This document shows, one piece after another, positions 14,941 to 28,479 of a stretch of DNA of 64,000 nucleotides. Source of the DNA: Octopus vulgaris (Eukaryota); assembly GCA_951406725.2 (NCBI GenBank), contig OX597818.1, positions 97,154,001 to 97,218,000 of the forward strand, written 5' to 3'. The position numbers were made by a program, and so were the translations under genes. How positions within the stretch are numbered: the first letter of the stretch is position 1; the number at the start of each line of letters is the position of its first letter. The notes below the pieces were generated by a model, which worked only from the letters and a program-made list of their open reading frames with translations, did no database searches and was not told the DNA's origin.

Positions 14941-14989
14941 GATAATCATTCGAAAAGTCCGTAGATTGATCGGATCACTTTATGAGGTA

Positions 14990-15690
14990 GGATCTCTGTG
15001 AACTGCCATTTGCCACTTCAGATCTGAAATCAACTTGCAAGTCCTTTCAAAAACTACTGTACACACGTCGAATAACCCTGTCTAGGAGGAAAAACGTTGC
15101 ATGCATTTGCTCTTTCATGGAGCTTCAGATGGTTGACATACTCAGCCTTGGAAAGAAGTACATGACCACATATTTCACACCTCCAGCGTCTTATGTTCTC
15201 AATGATGGTCTGATGACTGCCCCACCGAAACCAGCGCTTTAGGCTTTCCTGCTCAAGGAAACCTTCGTCAAAAGTCATACAACCATCCCTTATACGGTTC
15301 CTCCACCTATTTCTTTCCAAAGCTAGAGCTCTTCCCAGTTGTTTACATCAAATTCCTTCAGAGTGCCTTTTATGCAGTCTTTATACCGTTTTGATGGTTT
15401 GTGCTGAGGACGTTTTCCAACGCGCAATTCACAAACAGCTGCTTTGAAATCTTATTAATTTCCAGAAGCACAACATGGTCTGCCTAACGCGCCTGAGTAG
15501 TTATGATGATTGACTGGATGTTTGTGCATCCTGCATTTGCAAGAATTTCTATGTCAGATGTTCTACTTTTCCACTTGATGTTGATTATGTGTTTCAAACA
15601 TTTTTGATGAAAGCGCTCGAGCAACAACTGACTGGGACAAATAAGTACAAAAGAACCGGTAGCGCGCAAGCCTTGTAAACGCTCAGCTTG
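14990..15690 (-). mobile_element. RTE-like LINE 3' end with C2H2 finger
   Basis: LLERFHQKCLKHIINIKWKSRTSDIEIL, ERNRWRNRIRDG and CEICGHVLLSKAEYVNHLKLH. Confidence 0.8.
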
Positions 15691-16719
15691 GTCTTGTTAA
15701 TGATGCTGAGATTTGCCAAGACTCTCTTTTCAAACTTTCCAAAGACTTCACACATACACACATGCATACACATACATATATGTGTGTGTTTTGTGTGTGT
15801 GCGTGTACAATCTTTTACTCTTTTCAGTCATTGGATTACGGCCACGTTGGAACACTGCATTGTAGGCTTTGGCGAACTAATAAGTCTTGTACTTTCTCTA
15901 TTGGGCAGTTTTGCTGAACCGCTAGATTACAGGGACATGAAGAAACCAACACCGCTTGTCAAGCAGAGACAAGCATAAACACAAAGACGCGCACAAATAT
16001 CCTCATCCCTCACATAGATATACGACGGGATTCCACACCGTTTCCGTTTATCAAATTCAATCACAAGGCATTGGTAAAACCGGACATCATCAGGTACTGC
16101 TGTTGCTGTAATATGAAGTTGAATTATTTATTTGTATACAAAATACGACTTAAGATGATCACAGTGAACAGACCCGCCAAAGGGTGTCGGACCATACATC
16201 CGTTGTACGATGGACGACAGCATAGCTGATTATACAAAAGTATCTCTTTAAGACCAAGCTTATCAGAATAAACACTTTTAAAACTTTACTGTACCAGATG
16301 ATAATATTTACTTGACGTCCAACATATTTTCGAAGCCACTTAACCACTTAATTGTGTGAAACGAGAAGAGGCAAATAATATTAGCTTATCCAGTAAGGCG
16401 TTTGTAAGCGCTATTTTTGGAAGGCTAAGTCGATCAAAGATGCTTTGGTGGTATTGGTTACACTGGCGTCCGGTGGACGACAGATAAGTGGTTCTCGTAG
16501 ACATGTGCTTCTCAAGCATTTTTTTCTCACGCTTCACTCACTGGCTTCAAAAAGCCAGCCTTGTTACGTTCTGCGTCACGTTGAATCTTCCCCAGAACTA
16601 CGTTGAGGGTACACGTGTCTGTGGAGTGCTCAGCCATTTGCACGTTAATTTCACGAGCAGGCTGTTTCGTTGATCGGATCAGCCGGAACACTTGTCGTCG
16701 TAACCGAGGGTTGTTAGTT

Positions 16720-18790
16720 ATTCCCTCTCCGAAGTCATCGTCCTTGGTGACTTCAAATGATCATAACTTTTCATGGCTCTCACACTCATTCCATATCGAT
16801 GCTGCCGATGCAGAAACCGAACTTTTGATTTTTTTTTTTACCCTTTAAACCAACATAATTCAGCCCCCCACTCGTATGTTGGACAGATACACAAACACCC
16901 GCAACACTTTTAATTTCTTTCTCACCTCAAAACCCAACATCTACCAAACTGCATCCATCTCTGTACCTTTCCGGTCAGGCAAGCACTGCTTGATTGCAAC
17001 TGCCCAAGACACAATCACAAACCACAGTACAACCCTTTATCACCTCAGACACTATTGCATTTCAAGTCAGTCGACGTGTCAGAGATCCACCAGTTTTATG
17101 CTGTTTATTCCTGGCAGCACACTCACTTTATCCCTGAGCCACCAGAAACGGCAAAGTGGTTGACTGAAACCATATTTTAAGATATGTCAATGCACATCCC
17201 ATACACAACACAAGCTCAAAGTTCCAAGTCTCCCACATTGTTTTACATGTAGCTGCGCAGCAACTGTTCGATAGAAAACCCCCCCCCCCTTACAACGCGT
17301 GGAGAATCTCAGCCCCCACCCCCACCCCCAAATTAAGTGGCGTTCACTCAACAGCGCAACATTTCTAAGAGCGCCATCAGATATATAAAAAAATTAATTC
17401 GTGCATCACACAGACCTCAACCTTTCCTGTTTTCTACACCGAAACTGATCCTTTTGATGCCTATCCAAAAGGATCTCGTAAATTTTGCGCTGTTCTCTTT
17501 CCCCCTCTTCTAAACAATTATGGCTTCGTAAGCAGTACCCCACGTAGAAAGCCTGCTTTACATCTAATTTCACATGACACAACCTTTGTCAATCCTCTCC
17601 AAATGTATCCCCTTCCACGCCATCAAGCTCCTCTCATCACGTATACACGCGCTAAGATCGTAAATACGCCCAGATGTTTCTAACATAAAAAGCCACCGTT
17701 TTTGCCACTATCCTTTTCATTACACTCAAGGGTTTCACCATAGAATTTACTCTTATACTCAGCAAACACCGTAATATCTTCCTCTTTAAAGAGATGTACC
17801 CTGATAACGGAATAAATCCTAAAGCACGCCTCAGCGTGTCTCATTTCACAAAAAAAGGGAGAACAAAAAAAAAAAAAGCAAAAAAAAGCAACCGCTCTAA
17901 CTCACCAAACCTATCCACCATTACTCTCACCTCTAATATCTCTTGAGCTGGCAGAATCATTAGCACGCCGGATGAAATGCTTAGCGGTATTTCGTCTGCC
18001 GCTACGTTCTGAGTTCAAATTCCGCCGAGGTTGACTTTGCCTTTCATCCTTTTCGGGGTCGATTAAATAAGTACCACTTACACGATGTGGTCGATGCAAT
18101 CGACTTAATCCCTTTGTCTGTCCTTGTTTGTCCTCTCTATGTTTAGTCCCTTGTGGGCATTAACGAAATAAATATCTCTTATCGTAATAGAGTCAGCTAT
18201 TAACAATGACATTTTTCAACGCTTTGAGTCTGTCTGTCTGTCTGTCTCTCTTCCCTCAGCGATCACCTGTAAGGTTTCCGCAAAGCCAGACCCTCTGCAG
18301 ATCCACTCTCTTATATCACGCACCAGTTGACTTTCGCTTTAGAAAAGTTCGTTGAAAGCAATGTTGTTGCCCAAGACTTTAGCATATAAATTTATCTATG
18401 GGTTCCCACCAAAACCTCCCGCCTATGGGCTTCAACATCACTTATCTCTTGGATCAGTAGCTTCTTCTTTGATCGCACCACTTAACGTGCAGGAACATAT
18501 TTTATCCAACGCTCATTCAATTCTGGTGTTTTCCAATGTTCGATTTTGTTCTCGCACAATTCTAAATATCAATGAGTTTCCGGTTGCCATATCCAACTAC
18601 AGTCAATCTTATGCAAATGGCAGGACCCTTCATTCCTTTCTAACCTTCCATAACTACGCATCATATAGATGCAACCTCGACACCACACGCCAAACCAGCG
18701 TTGATTCCATAAACAGATCAGAGACAGCTTCCTTCCGTGAATCTAAGTCAACATTGTCGACAGCGTGACGATTGTCCTTCCTCATGTCAA
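16720..18790 (+). mobile_element. Highly decayed LINE (endonuclease to RT remnants), interrupted by a SINE
   Basis: C-rich, LINE-like composition with GDFN/H..W-like endonuclease remnants near 16745 and an LDFFLTS-like remnant near 16915. Confidence 0.5.
17945..18171 (+). mobile_element. SINE family A
   Basis: Homologous to 33951-34183. Confidence 0.85.
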
Positions 18791-19047
18791 CTTATCTTCA
18801 CAATAAATAAATGTTATATTTATATACATATTCATTTATATAACTAAATATGTGTGTATGTATTTATGTGCGTGTGTCTATGTATGCACGCATGTATGTA
18901 TGTATGTCGACAGCGTGACGATTGTCCTTCCTCATGTCAACTTATCTTCACCATAAATAAATGTTATATTTATATACATATTCATTTATATAACTAAATA
19001 TGTGTGTATGTATTTATGTGCGTGTGTCTATGTATGCACGCATGTAC
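18755..19047 (+). repeat. 150-bp tandem duplication
   Basis: tgtcgacagcgtgacg... recurs at 18755 and 18905. Confidence 0.9.
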
Positions 19048-19582
19048 GTATGTATGTATGTATGTATGTATGTATGTATGTATGTATGTATGTATGTATG
19101 TATGTATGTATGTATGTATGTATGTATGTATGTTCTCTTTTTAATTATTTGAAGTCTTCATATAAAGAAGCTGGTTTCTACCAAAAGATACAAAGCCCCA
19201 TCAATGGAATGTACATAATAAAGATAAGTCTTGCCTAATTTTACTGTTCTACTTACAGATTGTCTGTCTGTCTGTATATATTGCCACATATACAGTTTTG
19301 TGCAGTTCTAACCCCATCCGGTAATTTTCTCTCATAATTTACTTTATAAGGCACTCATACATAATTTTACTGCGATACATCTTCGACAGTGTAGGTTAGA
19401 GTTATGTTAATGAATTTAAAAAGAAAATCTAGTTTTTCTCTCAGCAATTAAAGACAATTATACCTATTTAACCGTTCAGTAACTCACATATGATTATTAC
19501 ACTCTGCTATAGCCCCGGGCCGACCAATGCCTTGTGAGTGGATTTGGTAGACGGAAACTGAAAGAAGCCTGTCGTATATATG

Positions 19583-19613
<31 letters not shown>

Positions 19614-20345
19614 TTGTGTGTGTGTTTGTGTGTGTGTTTGTCCCCCTAGCATTGCTTGACAACCGATGCTGGTGTGTTTACGTCCCCGTCACTTAGCGGT
19701 TCGGCAAAAAAGACCGATAGAATAAGTACTGGGCTTACAAAGAATAAGTCCCGGGGTCGATTTGCTCGACTAAAAGGCGGTGCTCCAGCATGGCCGCAGT
19801 CAAATGACTGAAACAAGTAAAAGAGTAAAGAGTAAAGAGTAAATATAAAAAATGCATGGCATCTCATTTGATATTCCTAATCATCAACATGAAACTGAAA
19901 GTTATGATGAAAAAAATATTCACGCCATTACATTTAGCCAAAATGAAATATGTTGGATGATATTGTGAAATGTTTTCAGTTCCTTATATTACTGTTTTCA
20001 TATAATTGTTATTCTTCTTATTTTGCCATCGTTATTTTGTACATCGATCATCTGCAACTTATTGAATTGTTAAAATGTATGGATTTCCAACCTTTCTGAA
20101 AGAAACTTTGTAATGGTTTTCAACAATGCAATCACAATCTACACATTCGAAAATGTTTCCAAGCAAATTTCGTTAAAAAATATGCATAATTAGGAGTGAT
20201 ATTAAGCTTATACATACATATCGTGAAATAAAGTGTCTTGCTCAAGAACACAACACGCAGCCCGGCCAATGATTCGAACTCACAAATTCGCGATCGTAAG
20301 CTCGACCCTCTAACCACTGAGCCATGCGCCTTCATGCATGTGTCT

Positions 20346-20376
<31 letters not shown>

Positions 20377-21335
20377 ATGAATTAATAAATAAAACATATG
20401 CATATATACATACATATATGTACGTACCTACCTCTACATGTATATACACACGCATATATGGGTACAGGACATAAAAAAAACGTCGAACACAATGAGAAAC
20501 GAAAACATAAACGCAAAACCAAGGAACTGGACATTTTTCTTAAACAACAAAAAAATAGAGTACAGGACAAATAACACAAGGACAATTCCCCTTCTTCAGT
20601 CGCCATGGTTTCATCTACTCTGCGTTTCGAAGGTGAAGGAGATACGCATCTTCGATAGAAACTTTCCTTCCTGCGAAAAGCAAATCAAATAAAATTTGAG
20701 ATCTTTTTGCAGAGGGGTAAAAATGGTAACAAAAACAGGACAGTAACGACAGTACAAAATATAAACAGTAAAAGACAGGACAAGGAGAATAACAAGACAA
20801 GAAGGGCTGTTAAGCCGAACGAAAAAAAGTATTACGAACGCTATTTTTGAGAACGGCGAAGGAGCAAAGAAAATGCCGTCCACACTTCAAGGAAGTCAGG
20901 CCAGAAAGACAGTAGCAGAGCTCTCGTCGTAGGTCAACGACGGGAGGGAGGAGGAGGAGCAAGAGAAAGGGAGAGAAAAAAAGGGAATGGTTGTGAGGAA
21001 ACCAGAAAGAATGAAGAATGAGAGAGAGGGAGAGACAGTAAAGTAGAAGAAAAGGTAACCAGAAAGAATGAAAGCTGAGAAAGGGAGGGGACAGAAAGGT
21101 CAAGAGTGCGCATCATTATTGATATCAAGAACAATCTTACTTAGAAATGGATGCGTGCGTTCCGTCATATAATGAATTAATAAATAAAGCATGCATATAT
21201 ACATACATATATGTACGTACCTACCTCTACATGTATATATACACGCATATATGGGTACAGGACACCCAAAAAAAAACGTCGAACACAATGAGAAACGAAA
21301 ACATAAACGCAAAACCAAGGAACTGGACATTTCTC
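20377..21335. mobile_element. (TA)n-associated element with about 160-bp direct terminal repeats (20377-20535 / 21172-21333); related copy at 27825-28245
   Basis: The terminal segments are nearly identical, and ORF-track peptides are shared among the three copies. Confidence 0.75.
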
Positions 21336-21451
21336 TTATGGGCTGGACTTCACTACCTCATATGTTCTTAAAATTTAAATCTACATCTTTGTCTGTATAT
21401 CTACCTTCTCTATAATGTTGCTACTTTTATATTAATGGAAAACCTATTTAA

Positions 21452-21537
21452 TTGGCTGATGGGCACTCAGCATCTTAAATCTGATGTAATACTTACAACT
21501 TTTAATAAAATGAAGTAGTGCGAAACAATTGTACCAA
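21452..21537 (+). ncRNA. Type I hammerhead motif (A9G variant, probably decayed)
   Basis: uugg-CUGAUGG-gcacu...agugc-GAAA-caauug-UA^ccaa, with palindrome ACAAUUGU. Confidence 0.7.
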
Positions 21538-22858
21538 ATTACCGGAGTCATTCTTGTTGCTTATTTTGATTATATATATGTATGTATATGTTTGGCTGTG
21601 TTTGTCCCCGCTACGTTACTTCACAATGTTCGTGTGTTTACGTCCCCGTAACTTAGTGGTTTAGCAAAAGAGACCGATAGAATAAGTACTAGGCTTACAA
21701 ACAGTAAGCCAAGGGGTCAATTTGTTCGATTAAAGGCGGTGCTCCGGCATGGTCGCAATCAAATGACTGAAAGAAGTAAAAAAAAAGAAAATAGAAAAAA
21801 GATACACTTCACACGCGCATGCGCACACTCATGCACACACACACACACACACACATACGCACACGCGCACGCGCACGCTTATATATAGGTCAGTAGTTCA
21901 TATATCTGAAAAAGAAGCACACTGTAAAATATTATTTATGGCCGGTCAGCGAGTGACCATTAGTTTCGCACCTATAAAGCGCTTAAGACAGGTCACGTGC
22001 CTCCAGCCATTTGAGTCTGACGAGTCGCCTATGCAGCTAAGCGCTTTTATAGATCCGGCAAAAGAGACATGTAGAATAAGTGCTAGGCTTGAAAAAAGGT
22101 ACTGGGATCGATTCGTTCGACCAAAAACCCTTCAAGGCGGTGCCCCAGCATGGTTGCAGGCGAACGATAAAAGAAGGTATTTAGACATCCAGATATGACA
22201 GCCACTGTATCTGTAGTATTAAATAGTACCTTTATCTCTGTGTGCGTGCGTGTGTGTGTGTGATGTGTGAGTGTGTATGTGTGTGTGATCTCGATTCCTG
22301 GACTGAGCAATGCTTTGTGTTCTTGCGCAGAACACTTAACTTCACAGTACTGTAGTCTACTCAGCTGGCAAAAATAACGAATAATTCTGCAAATGTCCTG
22401 TCCAAAGAGAGATATTATGTACAACACAAAATCCAGAAACTGGCTTTGTGAGCCTATGGCTTGGGAAGGACCTTTAATCCATTTGTTTGCGTGTGTGAGA
22501 GAGTGTGTGTACAAATCGGAAGTAGCGACGGTCAGTGTATATAAAGAGCTGGGACACGATCGTCGACACACACACACACACACATGTCTGTATATTATCA
22601 ATTGCAGATAGTGTATATTTTTTGCTTGTTCGCCGGTTCGCTGCCGAATAGCGCTTTGGGTACGACTCCCTCTGAGCACCGGATGTTGAAATACCATTTG
22701 CTAGTAGTGTACGACGACGTATATGTATATATGGATATGCACATGTGGTGCATTTAATTTTAGTGATTCATAGCATAGAGGATGTTGAAAAAGTATTAGT
22801 AAAAGAAAGGGAGTGATTATTAAAAAAAAAAAAAACCGTTTGAGAGGCACTGCGCTAA

Positions 22859-23242
22859 TCTCTCTCTATATAAACGGCAGTTTGTCTGTGCGTGTTTCTG
22901 TGTGTCTGTTTGCTTGTACCCTCACCCTGACCACGGCTTTCAACCGATTCTGATGAAACTTGACACACACATAGCCCAATGTCATAATTCGAAACTAACG
23001 TAGCGAAAATTTTGAAAAGTTCCCCCAGTTCTGAAAAAAAATCGATAAATTCGACATGGGGTCGAGAATCAGAAACACAAACCGCAAACTGTCTAGGGGA
23101 CGCAACTCCACCTTTTTTCACTCTCAAAAAAATTTACCATCATTTTTTTCCATTTTTTTGCTATTTTTTGGCTATAACTCTCTAAAAATGCTTTAAAGTT
23201 ATTTCCCTTACAAACCTGAGCAACGCCGGGCGATACTGCTAG
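22859..23242 (+). mobile_element. Non-autonomous Helitron
   Basis: A|TCTCTCTATATATAAACGGC start and ...gagcaacgccgggcgatactgCTAG|T end. Confidence 0.85.
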
Positions 23243-24739
23243 TCTATTATATTTGGTGAGACATTTCCGAGCTCTTACGCGAAACTGTTGTTTCATCCCC
23301 AGCGCACTTGTAATAATAGATATCAATGAAAATCTACGGCAGTGATTTTCTATTAGTTCACCATAGACGTTCTCTTTTTCTCTAGTTTCACAAGGAACAT
23401 TTACAATCATAGGGCAGTTGATCTCTATTACAGTGCATGATTTTTGTTCCCTATCTTACAGAACAATATCAGACCAATTGCATTTGTACATTTTATCAAA
23501 AATATTCATTTCACAAACTCCGGAAACTGATATTATTCTTGAAATTGTGCCTCGTATCATAAACCTCAAAGTTAGCATTTATTCATTCAATAAATAATTT
23601 TTTTACATTACGTATACAGAATAAACTGCAAGTTTTGCAAATAGCGAATTAAAACTTAAAATGAAAACATTGAAACGAATATATATTAAACTATCATTAA
23701 TGAAAATAGAGGTGAGAGACTGTTGCAAATGAATAATATTGTTTATTAAGCATTAAAATCTACTCTGCTGTGAATGCAACGAATATTTAAATTAGTGAAA
23801 AACTTGTAGTCCAAATATTCAATAAACTTCAGAAATCGAACACACAGGAAATTTCTTGGAAAATGAATTTATAAAAAAAATTTCCAAACGGTCAAGCCTT
23901 TATTAATTGCTTTCTTTTAGTAACTGTTACATACCTAATTAATAAACAGCTTTCTCCATGATAATATAGATCAGTGGCGACGCTTAACCCGAGTATAAAT
24001 TAGTCAAGTGAATTGTATTTGCAAGCTGATTTAATTTCTAGCTACACTAGCTTCAAGTATGTAATTGCAGCCAATAACTCGGGCTCCTTTTACTGAGCCT
24101 GGTTGCAGTTCTTAATTTTTGGTCAGCGTCTGGTGATGTCTTAGAAGTACCCTGTGTCAAAAAATATTCGTAGCAGACATTCTCTCGATATCGTTCACAC
24201 ACACCTAGCTAGGGTTCAGAAGTTACAGCCCGAGTTGTTACCTATAATCGTAAAAATTAAAAGTGATTCAAATTCAACGTTTTCTTGAAAGGATATATTT
24301 CTATAGAGATTGGCATTTAAATTCTAATCTATGAAAAGTTTCCATTCTACAATATTCTTTAAGAAACGAAAATTTATCTAGGAAACTCAGGCTGATACGA
24401 ACAAGCCTAGTAAGTGTAAAAAATTAGCTGGCATCTCTTTTCAAGTGTACACGCGACAGTCAGATCGTTAATGTTTGTTGTGCACTTCGCTGTCGTTATT
24501 TGATTGCTGTTATTCTGTGCGTCTGTGTGCAAAGATCAGTTGTGTCTTGCAGGGTTGTCTTATTTTAACCATTAACTTAGAAATTGAGAAAGACATAGTG
24601 TTAGATATAAAAAAATAAGTCATTTGGGGATAGAAAAAAAGCAGAAAAATGTGAAATTCTTCGAGCAGGCATGTGACTTTATGCGAAATCTGTGATGAGC
24701 CCGAATGACGCTGATGACCTGGAGTCACCTCTGATATGG

Positions 24740-24741
<2 letters not shown>

Positions 24742-24770
<29 letters not shown>

Positions 24771-25059
24771 TGTATGTATGTATGTATGTATGTATGTATG
24801 TATGTATGTATGTATGTATGTATGTATGTATGTGTGTGTGTGTGTGTCTGTGTATCTATGCGTGCGCGTGTGTGTGTACTATACACATATACATGTGTGC
24901 ACATATATATATGTGTATATATCTATACCTGTGTGTGTATATATATGTATACCTATATATATGTATACCTATGTATATGTATACCTATATATATGTATAC
25001 CTATATATATGTATACCTATATGTGTGTGCATATACTTATATTTATCTATGTCTGCCTG

Positions 25060-25141
<82 letters not shown>

Positions 25142-25154
25142 CATCCATCCATCC

Positions 25155-25215
<61 letters not shown>
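24742..25215. repeat. Compound microsatellite (TATG)n/(TG)n/(TATC)n, representative of dozens in the window
   Basis: Directly visible. Such tracts explain the low-complexity ORFs in the track. Confidence 0.95.
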
Positions 25216-25216
<1 letters not shown>

Positions 25217-25687
25217 ATTCCGGCAGGGGGTGGTGGCAATCCCTGCTGTACTCTTTCGCCACAACTTTCTCTCACTCTTTCTTCTGTTGGCCTGCTCGCT
25301 TAGCCAGCGGGGTGGCGTCATTTGAAGGCTAATACAATGCGAAGCGCATTGTGACCAGCGATGTGTAGCAACATCTGATAGTCTGGTCGGTCACGGTGAT
25401 CACGGTGATATGTATATATATATATATACATATATACAAATATACGAATAAGTGGAAAAACGAAAGAAAGAGCACTCAACACATTTATTGGGAGCTACAT
25501 GTATTGTTCAAAACAGTTTGATACAGATTCCGTGCTACTTAAACCTTCAAAACCTCTAACGGGGTCCTTTCCCCAGGCCGCTGAAATTCCGGATTTCCAC
25601 CGACCTGAGGGAAAGCCACCATTAGGGCTTTTGAAACTTTAAGTAGCGCGGAATCCAAATCAAACTGTTTTGAAAAATATATAAGCG

Positions 25688-25732
<45 letters not shown>

Positions 25733-25867
25733 GCACGCACGCACGCACGCACACACGCACGCACGCACGCACGCACGCACTCACACGTACGTATGTACGT
25801 GCATGCATACATGCATACATGCATGCATACATGCATGCATACATACATACATACATACATACATACA

Positions 25868-25903
<36 letters not shown>

Positions 25904-26199
25904 TACATACGTACATACATACATACATACGTACGTACGTGACCGTGTCTGTATCGTTGACGATTTTCTTTCTCCGTCTTCCCTTCCTTGGACCTTTCCT
26001 TTCCTGAGCGTCTAATAACACTATACTTGTTCCACGTCCTCGTGTTGTTACATGCAAACAGCTATTTGGAGCCACAGATGATGGGTGGGTGTCATGTTGA
26101 AACCAAAGCGGGCGAATTCACCCCTAAAATTGCGACTTGTCGCCTGTCAAAGGTGTTACCTCTCCCCAATACCCCATACACCTCAAAATACAAAATACA

Positions 26200-26432
26200 T
26201 ATTTCTTTATTGCCCACAAGGGGCTAAACATAGAGGGGACAAACAAGTACAGACAAACGGATTAAGTCGATTACATCGACCCCAGTGCGTCACTGGTACT
26301 TAATGTATCGACCCCGAAAGGATGAAAGGTAAAGTCGACCTCGCCGGAATTTGAACTCAGAACGTAGCGGCGGACGAAATACCACAAAGCATTTCGCCCG
26401 GTGTGCTAACGGTTCTGCCAGCTCGCCGCCTT
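26200..26432 (-). mobile_element. SINE family A
   Basis: Homologous to 33951-34183. Confidence 0.85.
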
Positions 26433-28248
26433 AAAATACAAAATACAAAACACAAAACAATATAAAAGTTACACGTTTGCATGTACCATTATAAATGGTA
26501 GGAAAATAACACTGCTAATATCAGGATTAAGGATAAAATAAAAGACTGTGGAGATACATAACCATAGTCTTACCGTTGGAGGGGACGTCGAAATATATTT
26601 GAGTGTCCGTAAAAATATGCTTCGGATTGCAGAAGATTGTAAGAGGTTAAACCATTGTACCTCACGTTTACATTGTTTATGAAGGTTTGGATTGTTTGAG
26701 ATATTAGCCGTGTATAATTTTATCCTTAAAAACCACTTAACCTCATCAGTGCATTATTATGATACTGAGACGATCTGTTGAAGATATGTTGGATAAGCAA
26801 TAGACTAAACTTTTAACTCAGTTTTTGGCAATGGAGAATAGTTGGTTGGAACATTTGTTAATGAGTATTATCCGTTGTATTTTGTGAAATGGTAGTAGTT
26901 TAGGTTTATATGTGCTGTGTTATTAGACTGAATTGTTTAAACGTGTTGAATGATTTCCTGAAATTGTAATTGGTGAGCATTGACTGATTAACCGAATGAT
27001 TAAACAAGCAATCGATTTGTCAGTTGATGATAAAGAAATGAAATTGAACCAGCGCGCGTGTTCATTATCGGAGTGATAATCTTCCTGAGATACAACAAAA
27101 AGGAAACATAATTAGGTTTGAAATTAAAGAAAACAACAATAAAATGCAGCGATATGATCAGATGACAACGATATTTATCGGATCAGTGTTGTTGTTTTTG
27201 TTGTTATCTAATCACAACGCTCACTGATGTGATCAAACCACATATTTTAATCAGTCTTAAAGATATATGAAGGACAACAACGATATTACAGTTATACAAG
27301 GAAAAGTTGATTCGATGACAACTGAACATATATTGTAAAAGAGCTGTACTTGTTTCGGCACTTTGAGTTCTGTGTTCAAATCCCACCGAGGCCAACTTTG
27401 TCTTTCATCCCTCCGGGTTCGATAAAATATAGTACAAAGCAACCCTATCCCCTCAAAACTGCCGACTTTTTGCTTAAATCAGAAACAATCACACCAGGGC
27501 ATTTTCAGAGACGTAGTTTTGAATTCAACTCATCTCCTTTTATGTTTCTGCTTATCTCATGCTTATGTCTGTTCACACGTACACGTGATGTGGATATATA
27601 TAAAAAGAAGATACAAGGAAATGAATTTCCTATACAGAACAAAAGTTTGCGTTCATTATATAGAGCTAAATGAATATAAAGTAATATAGGTTTCAAGGAA
27701 AAAGCAATTTTCAAGATATTGACAACAAAAACACTTTAATTTCTTCAATATATTTTTTGAAAGATACAACTCTTCACACAAAATATATAATATATATAAT
27801 ATATATATATATATATACATATAAATAATAAATAAAACACATGCATATATACATACATATATGGACGTACCTACATCTATATGTATATATACATGCATAT
27901 ATGGGTACAGGACACCCCCCAAAAAAAAACGTCGAACACAATGAGAAACGAAAATATAAAAACAAAACCAAGGAAATGGACATTTTTCTGAAACAACGAA
28001 AAAAATAGAGTACAAGACATACAACACAAGGAACATTCCCCTTCTTCAGTCGCCATGGTTTCATCTACTCCACGTTTCGATGGTAAAGGCGAGACACGAC
28101 TTCTTGAAACAATCCTTCCCGCAAAGCAAATTAAATAAAATTTGAGATTTTTTTGCGGAGGGGTAAAAGTGATAACAAAAACAGGACAGTAAAAACAAAA
28201 CAAATAAAAACAGTAAAAGACAGGACAAGGAGAATAACAGTAACACGA

Positions 28249-28309
<61 letters not shown>

Positions 28310-28479
28310 TACAAATATAGAATATAAAGCATATATTCGTATGAGATAGTTTGAATCAGTTCTAGAACATAAAAAGTTCGGATGTTAAAAGTATACAGAC
28401 AATGCATTGCAAAAATCATAAATATTAAGATGGATAGGTAGCTAAAAAAGCGAATACTTAAGTCCATAGTTCAAATTTG

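Noticed and set aside
20581-20640. CUGAAGA and GAAACCAUGG on the minus strand (also at about 28040-28080 and 32785-32820)
   Set aside because: The elements are in the wrong order for type I, there is no NUH triplet after the palindrome, and no closed three-way junction could be built by eye.
22951-22960. Isolated CTGANGA heptamers (also near 2879, 5508, 24711, 26743, 32461, 38112)
   Set aside because: No correctly placed GAAA-stem III-NUH and stem I were found.
24692-25332. Long ORFs of about 200 aa (and similar YI/CV/TH-rich ORFs throughout)
   Set aside because: They are translations of microsatellites.
27683-27752. Possible minus-strand hammerhead UUGAAGA...GAAACCUA
   Set aside because: The stems are only 2-3 AT base pairs in very AT-rich DNA, which is compatible with chance.
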